Origin: Salisapilia sapeloensis CBS 127946
Taxonomy: Eukaryota; Protista; Oomycota
DNA length: 64,000 nucleotides
NCBI GenBank assembly: GCA_023334545.1
Contig: JAADVB010000020.1
Coordinates: forward strand, 1-64,000
Direction of reading: 5' to 3'
The position numbers were made by a program, and so were the translations under genes. Under the pieces are notes generated by a model that ran no database searches, had not been told where the DNA came from, and saw only the letters and a program-made list of their open reading frames with translations. This document shows, in pieces, positions 34,575 to 46,122 of this stretch; position 1 is the stretch's first letter, and every line of letters begins with the position of its first letter.

Positions 34575-37500
34575 ATGCAGCAAGATGAGGATACTTACAA
34601 ATGGACATTGCCTCGATTGGAAGAAGATGGGATTGATCATGTACTGTACAAGGGAGCTTCAGCACCAAAAATATATACGCGTCAGCCACCGTCGTGGGAT
34701 TTCCAGCTAGAATACAAGACGACAGGTAGCTATCGAGAGGCTCGACGGAAGATTGAAACTCTCTCGCAAGGTTTCCAAGAGCAGCAGAGACGCAAGCATG
34801 AGGCTTTCCAACGACAGGTTGCTGCTGATAAGTTCCGGACAGAGTTTGTCGAAACGAGACTCGCGACATGTGATGTCCCGACACTCAACACGCGAAGTGT
34901 GACTATCGAACGACAACGACGACAGGGCATCAAAGCTGAGTTACGACCGAATAAGAGCAATTGGAAGTTGGGCCAGCGTATCGACAAGGCGCAAAAGGAC
35001 AGAGAGAGGCAGATTCTGATCCGGAATGGCATTCGGCGTGCCTATGGCTCGCAAACACTTGACCTGTCTGCACTGGAGCTGACTAAAATACCACAACAAG
35101 TGTACTCAACGTTGCTACTGCAACTTGGACGTTTTATTCGGATTGTTAATGTTAGCCGGAATGAGTTGCGTGAGCTACCGAAAGAGTTTCTACTATCATT
35201 CATGGATGTCCGTGATCTGCTTGCTAAGGAAAACTCACTTTCGATACTTCCGGATGGCGTACTGCATCGACTTGACAAACTCCAGGTCCTTGATGTATCC
35301 TGTAATCAGCTCCACGAACTGCCACCACTACTTCCGGACTCATTATGCCGGCTTATTGCGAATCGAAACCGCATTCATCAGATACGAAGCATTCACTGGC
35401 TAGCAAAGGTGGAAGAGTTGGATCTTGGTTACAATCAATTCCAGACACTACCACGTGGACTTTTGTATCTTACAAAGTTACGCAAGATTACCTTCAGTAG
35501 TAACCGGGTGATCAGCCTAGCTCTTCTTCCTCGTGCCTCTGGCACCACGAGACGCCATGCAGTGCAAAGTGTTATAAATGAGCACGAGCTAGAGAATGAC
35601 CACAAAGCTTGGCGTATGGAAACTGATCCAGTAAATGGTACCGTGATCTATTACAACTCTGTGACGAAAGAAATTACTCGATGCAGACCAGCATGCTTGG
35701 AAGATACTATTGAGGCAGAATTGCACTTGCCTGGATCACCTAATACGGAAGTGAACCACAAGTCCAATGCTAGCAATGCAAATGCTCTTGATTGGGATAT
35801 TGTATTGAAAGACGACAATGGCAATGGTCTACTAAAGTACATCCGTCATCATCCATATGAAGAATATGACCATATTCCGCCAGAATTGGACCGTTGGGAG
35901 CGATTTCAGGTCTTGCGAGCGATTCACATGTCCAACAATCAGCTATCTTATTTGCCATCATCCATTGTATGTAAGCATCCACTTCGTTCCGTATTCGGCA
36001 GATCTAATAAAACGGTCTGAAATAGGGAAAGTTAGCAAGACTCAAGTGTCTTGAGCTCGAGAATAATTGTCTAGTCGAACTACCTGAAACTCTAGATGGA
36101 CTCGAAGCGTTACAGATACTCGAATTGGCTAACAATTCTCTTAGGTCATTGCCACCGTCAATATGCAAGCTCAAGAACCTTCAAACGCTTGATCTGAAGC
36201 TTAATCGGTTAGGAAGCTTACCTGACAACTTTGGCGAGCTTATTCGCTTGGAGAACTTGGATGTGTCCAGTAATTACTTGAAAATGCTTCCAGAAAGTTT
36301 CTTAGAGCTGACAAAGCTGATGAAAGTGTGCATTCGAAGTAACCCAGGATTGGTATCTGTGGCTGGCTTTCATCCAGCCACACTTGTATCAGGTAACTTA
36401 CCAGAGATACGATGGCAATTACAACACCGGCTAGAGATTATACGTCGAGGAGGTATGGCTCCGACAGTCGAGTCACAGGCGATCGGCGTTAGCTCTCATG
36501 GACAAACGGATGTAAAGAAGAATGTAGATTCATGGTCTACGAACATTCATATTCACAAAGAAATTTTGAAGGCAGTAAACGCAGCCAAGTCGACACACCT
36601 CTTCTCATTTCACTGGAAAAATCTATATTTCGACCAACTGCCCGCTTCATTTTTCACTGAAATCTCCCACCTACAAGAGATCAAGCTATCAGGTCAGAAC
36701 TTTAAATCCATTCCAGCTACATTTGGGTGCTTTCCAAAGCTACGGGTACTGCAATTGCGACAAAATTGTATCAAAAGCATCGATGAAGACGTTTTCATTG
36801 GGTTACCATTGCTAGAAGAACTCGATATCGTCCAAAACCGCATAGAGTCATTACCGGAATCAATCGGATCGCTACTTAAGTTAAAGAGACTTATCGCTAG
36901 AAATAATATGCTTGACAGGCTACCAAATTCATTGATCAAACTATCAAAGTGTTTGGTTGAGTTGGGTCTAGCTCACAATAGATTCAAGACTGCACCGTCT
37001 TGCCTCTATAGCTTATCAGCGCTCAAGATATTGGATATTAGCTACAATCAACTATCAAGTGTGGATGACGTGAACTGGGCTCATCTCACCGAGCTGGAAG
37101 AGTTATTCTTAAACACGAATGCTCTAGTATCACTTCCACCGTCAATCGGAAGCACTCATCTCCGAGTAATTGAAGTCTGTGGTAATGCATTGGAAACACT
37201 ACCTGAACCAATTTTACTCCTCCAAGACTCGCTGGAGATACTTAAAGTTCAAAGCAACAAAATTAGTCGTCTTCCGAGGGAACTCGGAGATTTGTATAAG
37301 CTTCAGCTATTCGCATCGGATGGCAATCCATTTCGTTGGCCACCTCCTGAGATTATTAAGCTCGACATCGAATGTATACGGCAGTACTTTTACAAACGAC
37401 AGCAGCGCGTAGAAGAGATGCTATCCATTTTTGCAACGCTCGGATTACAAGCCGATCTATCGGTCTTTTCAGCAGCTCAAATCGAGAACTTGATTGTGGG

Positions 37501-38866
37501 CTCTGTGTCAAAAGTACCTGTTGATCCATACGCACATCCAGACCAGTTACTTTCCTTTCTGACATCAAACGACTTAAAAGAATTTGAAGAGGCTGTCGAT
37601 GAGTACGTTAATGGTCATTTCTACTTTGCATCTGCTACAACTCGAGGAGTTGACCTTGTGTATGAATACCTCCTTCAGAGGCACTACAGCCATTCGCAAG
37701 AGCAACGAGGTCATATAGTGAGAGATCTTGTTCAGTTATGCGAGCTCATACGTCGTAAACGCTGGCTGGATAAAATTGACTTTTGTTTTGATGCTACGCG
37801 TCCTTGGGGACGCCGTGGAGAGGATGTTCCGGTCTACATTATCGACCCAGTCAGTCTGTATGAACCCATAGGTAAGGTGCCTAGCATCTTGCAGGTCATA
37901 TCGACTCGAGCATATCATGGTTTCGTCGGCGAAGAGTTTCCGCACGCTAGAGAAGTAGTTGAAGATGCTTTGACTCACTACATTGGTGTCTACGGTCGTG
38001 TCGGTTGTCACCATGACGCCGTTCCATTCCATTGTGGCTGTGAAGGTTTCCATAAGTTACAGAAGATGCATGATCCATGTCGAAAGCCAGGATGGATCAT
38101 CGTACAGCATATCTTAACATCAGAAGAAGTATCACGCCGAGAAACGGACGAGTCGACAATCGAGACTGCCGTCCAGCAACTTCGACCTCAAGTCGAAACC
38201 TTCCTCGCCACCAAAGAAGGTCGTAAGCGCTTCCAGTCGGAAGTCAAAGTCATTAAAAAGAGATTGAAGCAGGAAGTGAAAGACTATAAGAAGAAACTCA
38301 AGAAAGCTAAGCGGAAGCATAAGAAGAAAGCAAAGTCTTACAATGCTGTCCTCTTAGCAGAAAAGAAGAAAGCAAAAGTTAATCGTAGTCCTGTCAAGTT
38401 AAGCTTTGAGCAAGCAAAGAAACGGGAGGCAGAGCGAATGGTAGTTGAGCGCCGAGCAGATCGAGTGAAGAGACTAGTTGGTAAGATAGAGCAACGAAAG
38501 AAGCAGCTATCTCAAAACTTACAAGCATTTCATGAAGATATCGTTACCATCCTTCTAGGGACTGTTGGTACTTCGGTTCGTAGGCACTTGATCAATCAAC
38601 AACGAGATAAAGCTATTGAAAACGAGTGGAGACGTCCATGGGACCTTGGATTCCGAACGTACAAGCACGAGATGAAAAGAAGACGGATGGAAGAACTCGA
38701 GCTAGAGTACATGGATGAAAGTCCGGAAGAAGGTGAAAGTAGCAACAGTGAGCTCAGCGACGTCTCTTTCGATGGCTACGACGACTTGGCATGCAACGCA
38801 TCTGAATACGATGAGGAAGAAGATAGTGAAGAAGAAGAGGAGGAAGAACAAACGAATGCAAAATGA
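34575..38866 (+). CDS. Large leucine-rich-repeat protein with WW-like insertion and K/E-rich C-terminal coiled coil (intron 35967-36025)
   Basis: Many LxxLxLxxNxL repeats in ORFs 34575-36020 and 36125-38866, joined in frame by a 59-nt intron. 5' end uncertain. Confidence 0.8.
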
Positions 38867-38890
38867 ACAAAATAAGCGACGAACGGTCTA

Positions 38891-40169
38891 TTAGACGCTC
38901 TCTTGAACCTGCTGAAGAGACTCATTGGCTTTTTTGTTCATTCGGTGGCGTCGTCCGGAGCGGTCCTTAGGCTTTCGAGGGGCCCGCATGGCAACTCCGT
39001 CAATCTCCGGATATCTGTCGGCAAAGGAAGGTGTCCGGGGTGTCTTTAGCAACGTCTGGAAGACCGCTTCACGACGAGCAGGTGTCTCATGGAGGTGACG
39101 AAACTGGTTGAACACCTTCATGGCGTACTTGGCGTCGATGACAGGATCGTGGTCAGCCTCCTGGATGTCATGGCCGAGCAAGTACTTGGCAACGTGGCGG
39201 AGAGAAAAGTAGCGGTAGCGCATGGTGCCGTTGTTGGCTTGCAACGGAATACGGAAGAGGTCTGCGACATCAAACATTTGCTTATAGTCCTTGTGTTTCT
39301 CCATCAAGAGCCAGTCGAGGTCTTTCTTGATAGACTGACCAACGATGACACTGTCTGTAGGCAGAATCTGCTTGAGCTGGGCCAATGCCTCGCTCAGACT
39401 TGGTGCTCCCTGCAGGTTCTCTTCCGTGATACCAGTTAGCTGCGTCAAATAGCTCACGATGGGCTTGTCTGGCATGACGAACCGGTCGAAAATAACGTTC
39501 TCATCCTCGTCCACAATAGCTATTCGCGCGACGTCTCGATCACTATGATATTTTCATTAGCTCTTATTCTCTACATACGCATCGCAATACACTCACTCAT
39601 TACCGGTGCCTGTCGCCACACACTCGACATCAATCGCATAGAACTATTCCAGCGTGAGTATGCCTTGTCGCTAAGCGTATAACAATGAAGAGGAAACGTA
39701 CCGGTCCTTCGATGTCTCTCGTGTAGACAGGAATAATTTCATTCATGACTTCGTAGTTGCTCTTCTTGAGCTGCGGATTCGCCTGGATTTTAATCCGATT
39801 GCCAACAGTCCGAGTCTCGAGTCCATCACTGTCACTGCCATCCTTTTCCACCGGCTGAGGCGGTGAAGGAGGTAGCGGAGGAGCCATGTTACCTGCCATG
39901 CCCATCTGCTCCTGGTACATGTATCCACTCATGTCTCGCTCATCGACACCGTTTTGGAGTAGATGGGCGAAAGGGCAGGAGGTGCCATTGCGACAGCCAG
40001 CGCCTGAAGCGTAGAACTTACAGACACGCATGGGTCGAGGCTCATAGCCGTTGCTTTGGTCCACAGAAGTGTTTTGCTCTTGCTCCGTTCGTACGTGACT
40101 GAAGGAGCATGAGTCGCCTCGGAAGCATCCCTTGGGCGACTGGAAGAAGCGACATGGAGCGGCGTCCAT
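38891..40169 (-). CDS. Two CCCH zinc fingers + REX4-like DEDDh 3'-5' exonuclease, multi-exon
   Basis: CRFFQSPKGCFRGDSCSFSH and CKFYASGAGCRNGTSCPFAH; splicing gives FYAIDVECVATG (ExoI), KKDLDWL (ExoII) and HDPVIDA (ExoIII). Confidence 0.85.
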
Positions 40170-40477
40170 CTTGATTGATTCTGTTTTGTTGAATTGCTGG
40201 TTGCAAGCTACGAAATGGTCGGTGCAATACGAGTGAATGCCTGGTCAAGAGGTTTCGACGTTTCGTGATGGTATAAGCAAGGGGGACGTTCGATCAAACT
40301 TCAGACACACCGAATGGTCTACACTTCCAGCATGCGCTTGATGAGTGACGGAATAGTAGCACCAAAAAAATTTGTGTTCCGCAATGATAGCGACGTGATT
40401 GTCAGTCAAACGATGTATCTTTTATGAGATCCCACCAATTGTCGAAAGAAAGAGATTCTGATTCGTTTTCTGATTAT

Positions 40478-40801
40478 TTAGTCTTTCGATACGTTTTGCT
40501 CGTGCTCCTGCATCTCTCGCCACATGCGGTCGACCTCAATCTTCCGCAAGTTGTCCTGCAGCTCTTCGGGCGTGTATCGAGCATTCATCGCTCGATACTT
40601 TTTCAGCTGAATCACGCCGATGAGTTCTTGGACCATCCACCGGCCTTTTTTGATCGCTTTCTTCACTTCGACCGGGTCTTCCAGGTCCTTGTTCTTATAA
40701 AAAGCAATCTTGGCTTTCTCACGGACGTAGTCCAGCCCGAGCGGATAATCTTTCCCGACCAAGAGGAACCGCTTGTACAGGTCACGTACCTTTGGCTGCA
40801 T
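40478..40801 (-). CDS. LYRM5: LYR-motif protein, ETF regulatory factor 1 (LYRM5)-like
   Basis: LYKRFLLVGKDYPLGLDYVREKAKIAFYKNKD..KKYRAMNARY closely resembles LYRM5/ETFRF1. Confidence 0.8.
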   Translation of the reverse strand: MQPKVRDLYKRFLLVGKDYPLGLDYVREKAKIAFYKNKDLEDPVEVKKAIKKGRWMVQELIGVIQLKKYRAMNARYTPEELQDNLRKIEVDRMWREMQEHEQNVSKD

Positions 40802-41050
40802 CTTGTACTGTAACAAACGAAAGAGTAGTCTCGACCTTCGGAACACCTGCCGACTGATTCACTCGCAAGTGCAATGAAGCTAGAGCAGACAGCGTCTTAA
40901 CGACAAACTCATGTAACATTCATTCTCGCTCTGTCTACAGCAACACCAGCTCTGTTTTTCTTTTCCTAGACTATAAAAATACCGACATGAGCTCTCTTTT
41001 TTATCGTTCACCTGCACATGCTCACACGGCACAACGTTGGCTGCGGTCTT

Positions 41051-42308
41051 CTAAGACGATGGGGTACTAGACATGGTTTTGGCCAATGGTAACCTCGACT
41101 GCGGAGTTGCCATGGCGGCTTGGACGGCCACGGCAGAGGCACTCGGGGCGGATGCAGGAGCCGAGGTGCTAGGGCCAGTCAATGACTGATTTACCTCGGG
41201 TACAGGAGATGAATTGGCGGAAGAGGAGGAAGCCGTGGACGCTTGGGAGGAGCATCCATCGTCCTTGTTCTCCATGACACGCACGAACCGACCCTTGACT
41301 CTTGGACGATCATCCGCCAGCTTCTTGCGGCAGTCATACTTGATGCTCTTCTTCCACGTCCGGTTCTTGCGCTTTTCATGGAACTTTTGGATACGAAGCT
41401 TTCGAGCGCGTGGGCTATACGACCCGATCTTGCGAGTACATTCGACACTGGTCGATGCAGCTGGGGCACTGGTAGAGAGCTTCTCAGGTGCCGTGATGCT
41501 CAATGAAGTAGTCTCTTGCAAAGACTCTGACTTAATTGTCGGCTCCTGGTTGCTAGCTTGCGGAAGGCCCGAGTCTGTTTTGATCATTACGGGCGAGCTT
41601 TCCTTCTTCATAGCAGTCTTGCTGCTATCCTTCGCCACCTTGCGCTCCGGAGCAGATAGCTCATTGGACTTGGAGAAACTCGCTCGACGTTTGCGGCTAC
41701 TTGCACTCGTTGGAGATGGAATCGTGAAATGCATCGTATCAAAGCTCATGAGCAACATTTCGGCGTCCTTAACTTCGGTGGACGGCTCACTCAACGCTTC
41801 GGCCACTATATTCCAGATTCGTATTGCAATCATGCAATAGTTTCAAGCCCGTGAGAAACCGATCTTATGAGTAAAATGAAAAATGCGGGGACCAACCAAA
41901 GCTCGAGGCCACGTCATCACCGTCTTCGAACAGGCCGCCACGCATCGGGGACAAGAACGAGTCGGCACCAAATTCCGCAAAGTCCGTGTTGGACTCCGTT
42001 TCACTGGTGGACGCGAACTCTAGCGATAGTGACATGTCCAAGACCTCATCCGGAACGTTCCAGTCGAGATCCTGACTGACACGTTCATCGAGCTCCATGC
42101 CACGCAGGTTCTCGTCGCTAATCCATCCGCTCGCGTCCATATCCAGCTCTACCTCGTCATCTGGCAAGACTTCATCATCGGCGATCTTGAGGTCGTCCAC
42201 GCGCACGGCGGCGGATTTGCGCAGTGCCATGCCAGCAGGAGTGCTATTGTAGCGCAACTTTTCCTGTGGCGATAGACACATGGGCATCTTGTCTGGTATG
42301 CTAGTCAT
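41051..42308 (-). CDS. CCT-motif putative transcription factor 1 (two exons)
   Basis: KIGSYSPRARKLRIQKFHEKRKNRTWKKSIKYDCRKKLADDRPRVKGRFVR is a CCT motif; ORFs 41865-42380 and 41051-41833 are separated by a short intron. Confidence 0.8.
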
Positions 42309-43743
42309 GTTGCAAAGGCAACTTGATTCAATGTGGAATCCAAATTCGAGTGCGGGAACACTTTCGGCACCGGCACACACGCAATTCGTGTGTGGCGATA
42401 GATGGCAAAGAGTGTCGCGCGATTGCGGAAGAAGGCGACGACAGGTACACTAGGAGGCAAGCGGCGAAGCGATCCAAAATGCGACGCGGCCGGTTGCTTT
42501 CTTTTAGCTCGAGCTTTTTAAAAAATGAGGTTTCACCTCGACATATTAAACGCAAGTGAGGGAGCGATCGAACGATCTTTTTAACCAATCATGGCGAAAG
42601 TGGGCCATGGCAGACTATGCTTTTTCAAACGGCAGTATCTGAATGCTGCTCCGAGTGCTGGTAGGAAGCGAGTGGAGGCGGCGGGTTACATGCACATATA
42701 AGAACGTTTTTTCTTATTAATCTATTCTCGTGGTGCCTCTAAAAATTGGCATGTAAACTGACCGCAATCAGACTGCGCGGTTGAGACGCTAATCCACTGG
42801 AAGCCGGCGAGAGACCAGTGCAACGATACTAACTCTCTGTCCTGATGGGTGGGTGACGCGCAAACGTGGTTTGTTGACGAGAACGCTTGTCGTCTTAGCA
42901 CTTCCATATACACGAGTTTTGCAGCATAACATTGTACCAGTTTCAAAGATCGCGATCCAAAGTCCAAATTACTATACACCAGAATTTAGGGCATGGAGGT
43001 AGAAGTGCACCGGAGGGAGAAGGATGGTGCTTTTCCTATGATCCACCACTTTGTCCACGTCATTTTGGAACGACTTTCCTTTCGGTTCTGCCAATTCAAG
43101 CTGCTAGTGTACTGGAATCTTTTTATGATTGGCCAATACAGTCATATCTCCCATAAATAATTATCACTGTGGAAAAGCGTGTACTGATCAATTATCATAT
43201 TTGACAACTTTTGATGGATATTTTTCTTTACTATGGAAAATCTGTATTTTAAAAAGGTGGATTCAAAATTGGCCGATTTTGATCATTTATTGCGTCATAT
43301 CATTTGTTAGGAGTTCATCTTTGGGAGGACAAAACTGTATGTTGCAGGTTTCGACGTTGGGAATTGGGGTCAAGTATCGACATCTCGTATGAGCAAACCA
43401 ATCATGAAGGCCAGACCTTAGACTGGCTGCTGTCAACCAGTACCACCGTCGTTATTCTATGTTGGAACGGTAGTTAAGGATCTTTTCACACAATTAAAAA
43501 ATCGCTCATCTATTTATAGATCGGCTATCTAACTCGCCAACGGTCTTGCATGCGCTAGAACTGGTGCTGAGCTTGGTCGTTCTTGCCACTCTGGCGAGCA
43601 TTGACCACGATCCATTGTCACCGTCCGTCACTGGCATCATCTGTGGTACTACTACATCATCTTCCACATTAGCACTAGTTTTTAACTTATCTTGCATGCA
43701 CAGGCTTCGAAAGCCACCGCTTGCAAGTCCCTCTGCACGCGAC

Positions 43744-43773
43744 AAACCCTGTAAACCCTAGGGTTTAAACCCT
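43744..43773. repeat. Three AAACCCT telomere-like (telo-box-like) units including a perfect 16-bp palindrome TAAACCCTAGGGTTTA
   Basis: Read directly: AAACCCT GT AAACCCTAGGGTTT AAACCCT; palindrome at 43752-43767. Confidence 0.8.
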
Positions 43774-43831
43774 CGTGGTGCTTGGACGTCAACCAATGAT
43801 CTTCAATGGTCGTGGAGCCAGTGAAAAAGAA

Positions 43832-44644
43832 ATGGGTACGATCGTTCTCTTAAAAATTGTATGCCGCGAGAGGTCATTCTTTGTCGCAAGAAGCAGTCTT
43901 CACCAGTTCTCTTCTTACCTCTGTCCACGAAAGCATTCTCGTGTCTTGTTCTCGACTATATTCACCTCGCCTACATCACGACAGTATGCTATTATCAAGG
44001 AAAAACTATCACGACTCGAGCGAGCTCTCGAAAGCATGGCCGCAGCGTGACCATTCACAGCCTTCTTTCTCACACACGAATGAGTCGCCTTCCTACACTT
44101 CACCGGTACGTTCCTAGCTTTCTTTCGCACTATCCATAACAATTCATTTCGATTGACATGACTCTGACGTATATACTAGCTCCGTCGAGCTGCATCAAGC
44201 GGTGAAGAGCTCTTTTTGAGCGTCGTCATGGAGTGGCAAAAGCCTCTTATGCGTCCAATGAGTGACGCGAGGTCAAGTATCCCATCCAGTAGCTCCGTAT
44301 CAAACGATTCCAGCTCAACTACAAAGACTGGAAGTCACCACAAACGACCTCGTGTACGCAAAAGCGGTCTAGAACCAGACTTGCACCTGGAACATGCTCG
44401 GTCCAGTTCGACTTCTACTACGAAGAAGATTGGCATCTACTCACCACGTTCACGTCAGAAACTTCTGAAGAAGTTCATGATCAAACGTGCTCGTCGATTG
44501 AGTCAAAAAACCGTCCGGTACGACGTTCGAAAAACACTGGCGAATGCCCGACCAAGAGTCAAAGGTCGATTCGTCAAGACAGACCAAACGCTCACGGCCA
44601 TGGATGCAACGAAAGGAGACACAAATAGTGTACAAGACAATTAA
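43832..44644 (+). CDS. CCT-motif putative transcription factor 2 (intron 44106-44179; start uncertain)
   Basis: KIGIYSPRSRQKLLKKFMIKRARRLSQKTVRYDVRKTLANARPRVKGRFVK; a phase-0 intron joins the frame of ORF 43857 to ORF 44216. Confidence 0.75.
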
Positions 44645-44760
44645 GCGACACCTCAAGACATGTATCATATACTTTGGGCAGGTCTATCAGATCCAGGACA
44701 CAGTGTCCGTTGTGTATACGAATAAACTCCCATTTGCATCTTTCAATTCGATTGAAAAAG

Positions 44761-45777
44761 TTAGATGACACCTTGCATTTGAAGTAGTTTGCGATAGAGG
44801 AGCGCGAATAGAGCAACGGCGAGCGCAACCGTGAGGTAGTGGAGGAACCGATCGATCAGGTCGGACTCTTGTCTTTGAACTGGTGGAGTTGGTGTAGTCG
44901 ACGCCTCTACATGCGTTTCTTCCGCACCGACATCAGCTACTTCTTCCTGTTCGGAAGGTGTTTGTGGCTGTTCTTCTGGCGTGTCATTCTTCGTACTTTC
45001 TTTGGTTTCGCTTTCGACATTGTGCATATGCAACTGAGCTATTTGATCTGCGTATTTAGAGTTGGATGCGGATTCCTGATCGTCTTGTAGCTCAGGAAGC
45101 AAGTCTGTGATTTTGCCACACGTTTCACATTCGAAATGCACCGACTAGGCCACATGCATGTTAGCTACGAGAGTAAAGCGTTTATATGGTGATGGGTACT
45201 TGTCGAGCAAGTCGTCTTCTTTCACTAGGAGAGAAATCCAGTGCGCCGATCGCACCTTCACCTTTTGTTGGCATGAAACTGATCAACGCTTCCAGTATCA
45301 ACCTCACTAGCACACGTTCAGTATTTACAAGACATTAATGACAATATAATCAGACCTCCCCATGCTGGTTGCCATTCTTCTGGATGATGGGCGGATATAC
45401 TGAGGCAAATCTTCTTTCGCACTTCGAATCGACCGTTTGGCTACATCAGTTCGTTTATACTAAAGTCAAAACGTCTACTAGGTAGGCTCCTACCGTCAAT
45501 AACATAATGTTTGGTGGTTTAAAAGGGTAGTCTGATGGTAGAAGGATACGTCCGTGGTACACCCCACCTTCAAACTCCGTGTCTGGAGGACCACGTAGCG
45601 TGAAATGCCAATCGAACATGTTGTCTTCGAGAGGCGCTGCCGCATACTGGTCACTCGGATGAGTCATCATCTCCCGTACATCCTGTCCAAAGCTATTCAA
45701 TAACTTTATTCTGAAGATTTAGAAAGTGAGTATACCGCCTGGATGCGCTTTACTGCCGTGTTCCGGACGCCTGCCAT
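44761..45777 (-). CDS. UBC6: Ubc6/UBE2J-type ubiquitin-conjugating enzyme with C-terminal membrane anchor, multi-exon
   Basis: MAGVRNTAVKRIQ..AAPLEDNMFDWHFTLRGP..YHGRILLPSDYPFKPPNIMLLT; tail FLHYLTVALAVALFALLY. Confidence 0.85.
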
Positions 45778-46122
45778 ACTCGTTCCTTCGTTGTTATATC
45801 AGGTGCTTTGCTGTCGACTTTATGTGGTCCATACAAACTCCAAGTGTCTTGCATAGCATTTTCGTATCATGAAACGGTGTTATCAACTTCAAACTGAGCT
45901 ATGCAGCTTCCACCTCTACTTGCCATCATCCTATCGCTTCAGAGCAAGGTCCATGACAGCAGCGATAGAGAGGATGAAGGCAATCAGGTACAAGGTCTAG
46001 ACCTATGCTGTTAAAGCACTTGAATATCTATAATCACCATGTTTCTAGATCTGCTGGAGCTATCACTCGACGTGCCATCGATCGCTTATCGATTGTGAAT
46101 GTACAAAAGCAATCACTGCAAT

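Noticed and set aside
42323-43761. Several 70-90 aa ORFs in the CCT spacer
   Set aside because: No motifs or splice-consistent structure, and several use non-ATG starts; treated as non-coding.
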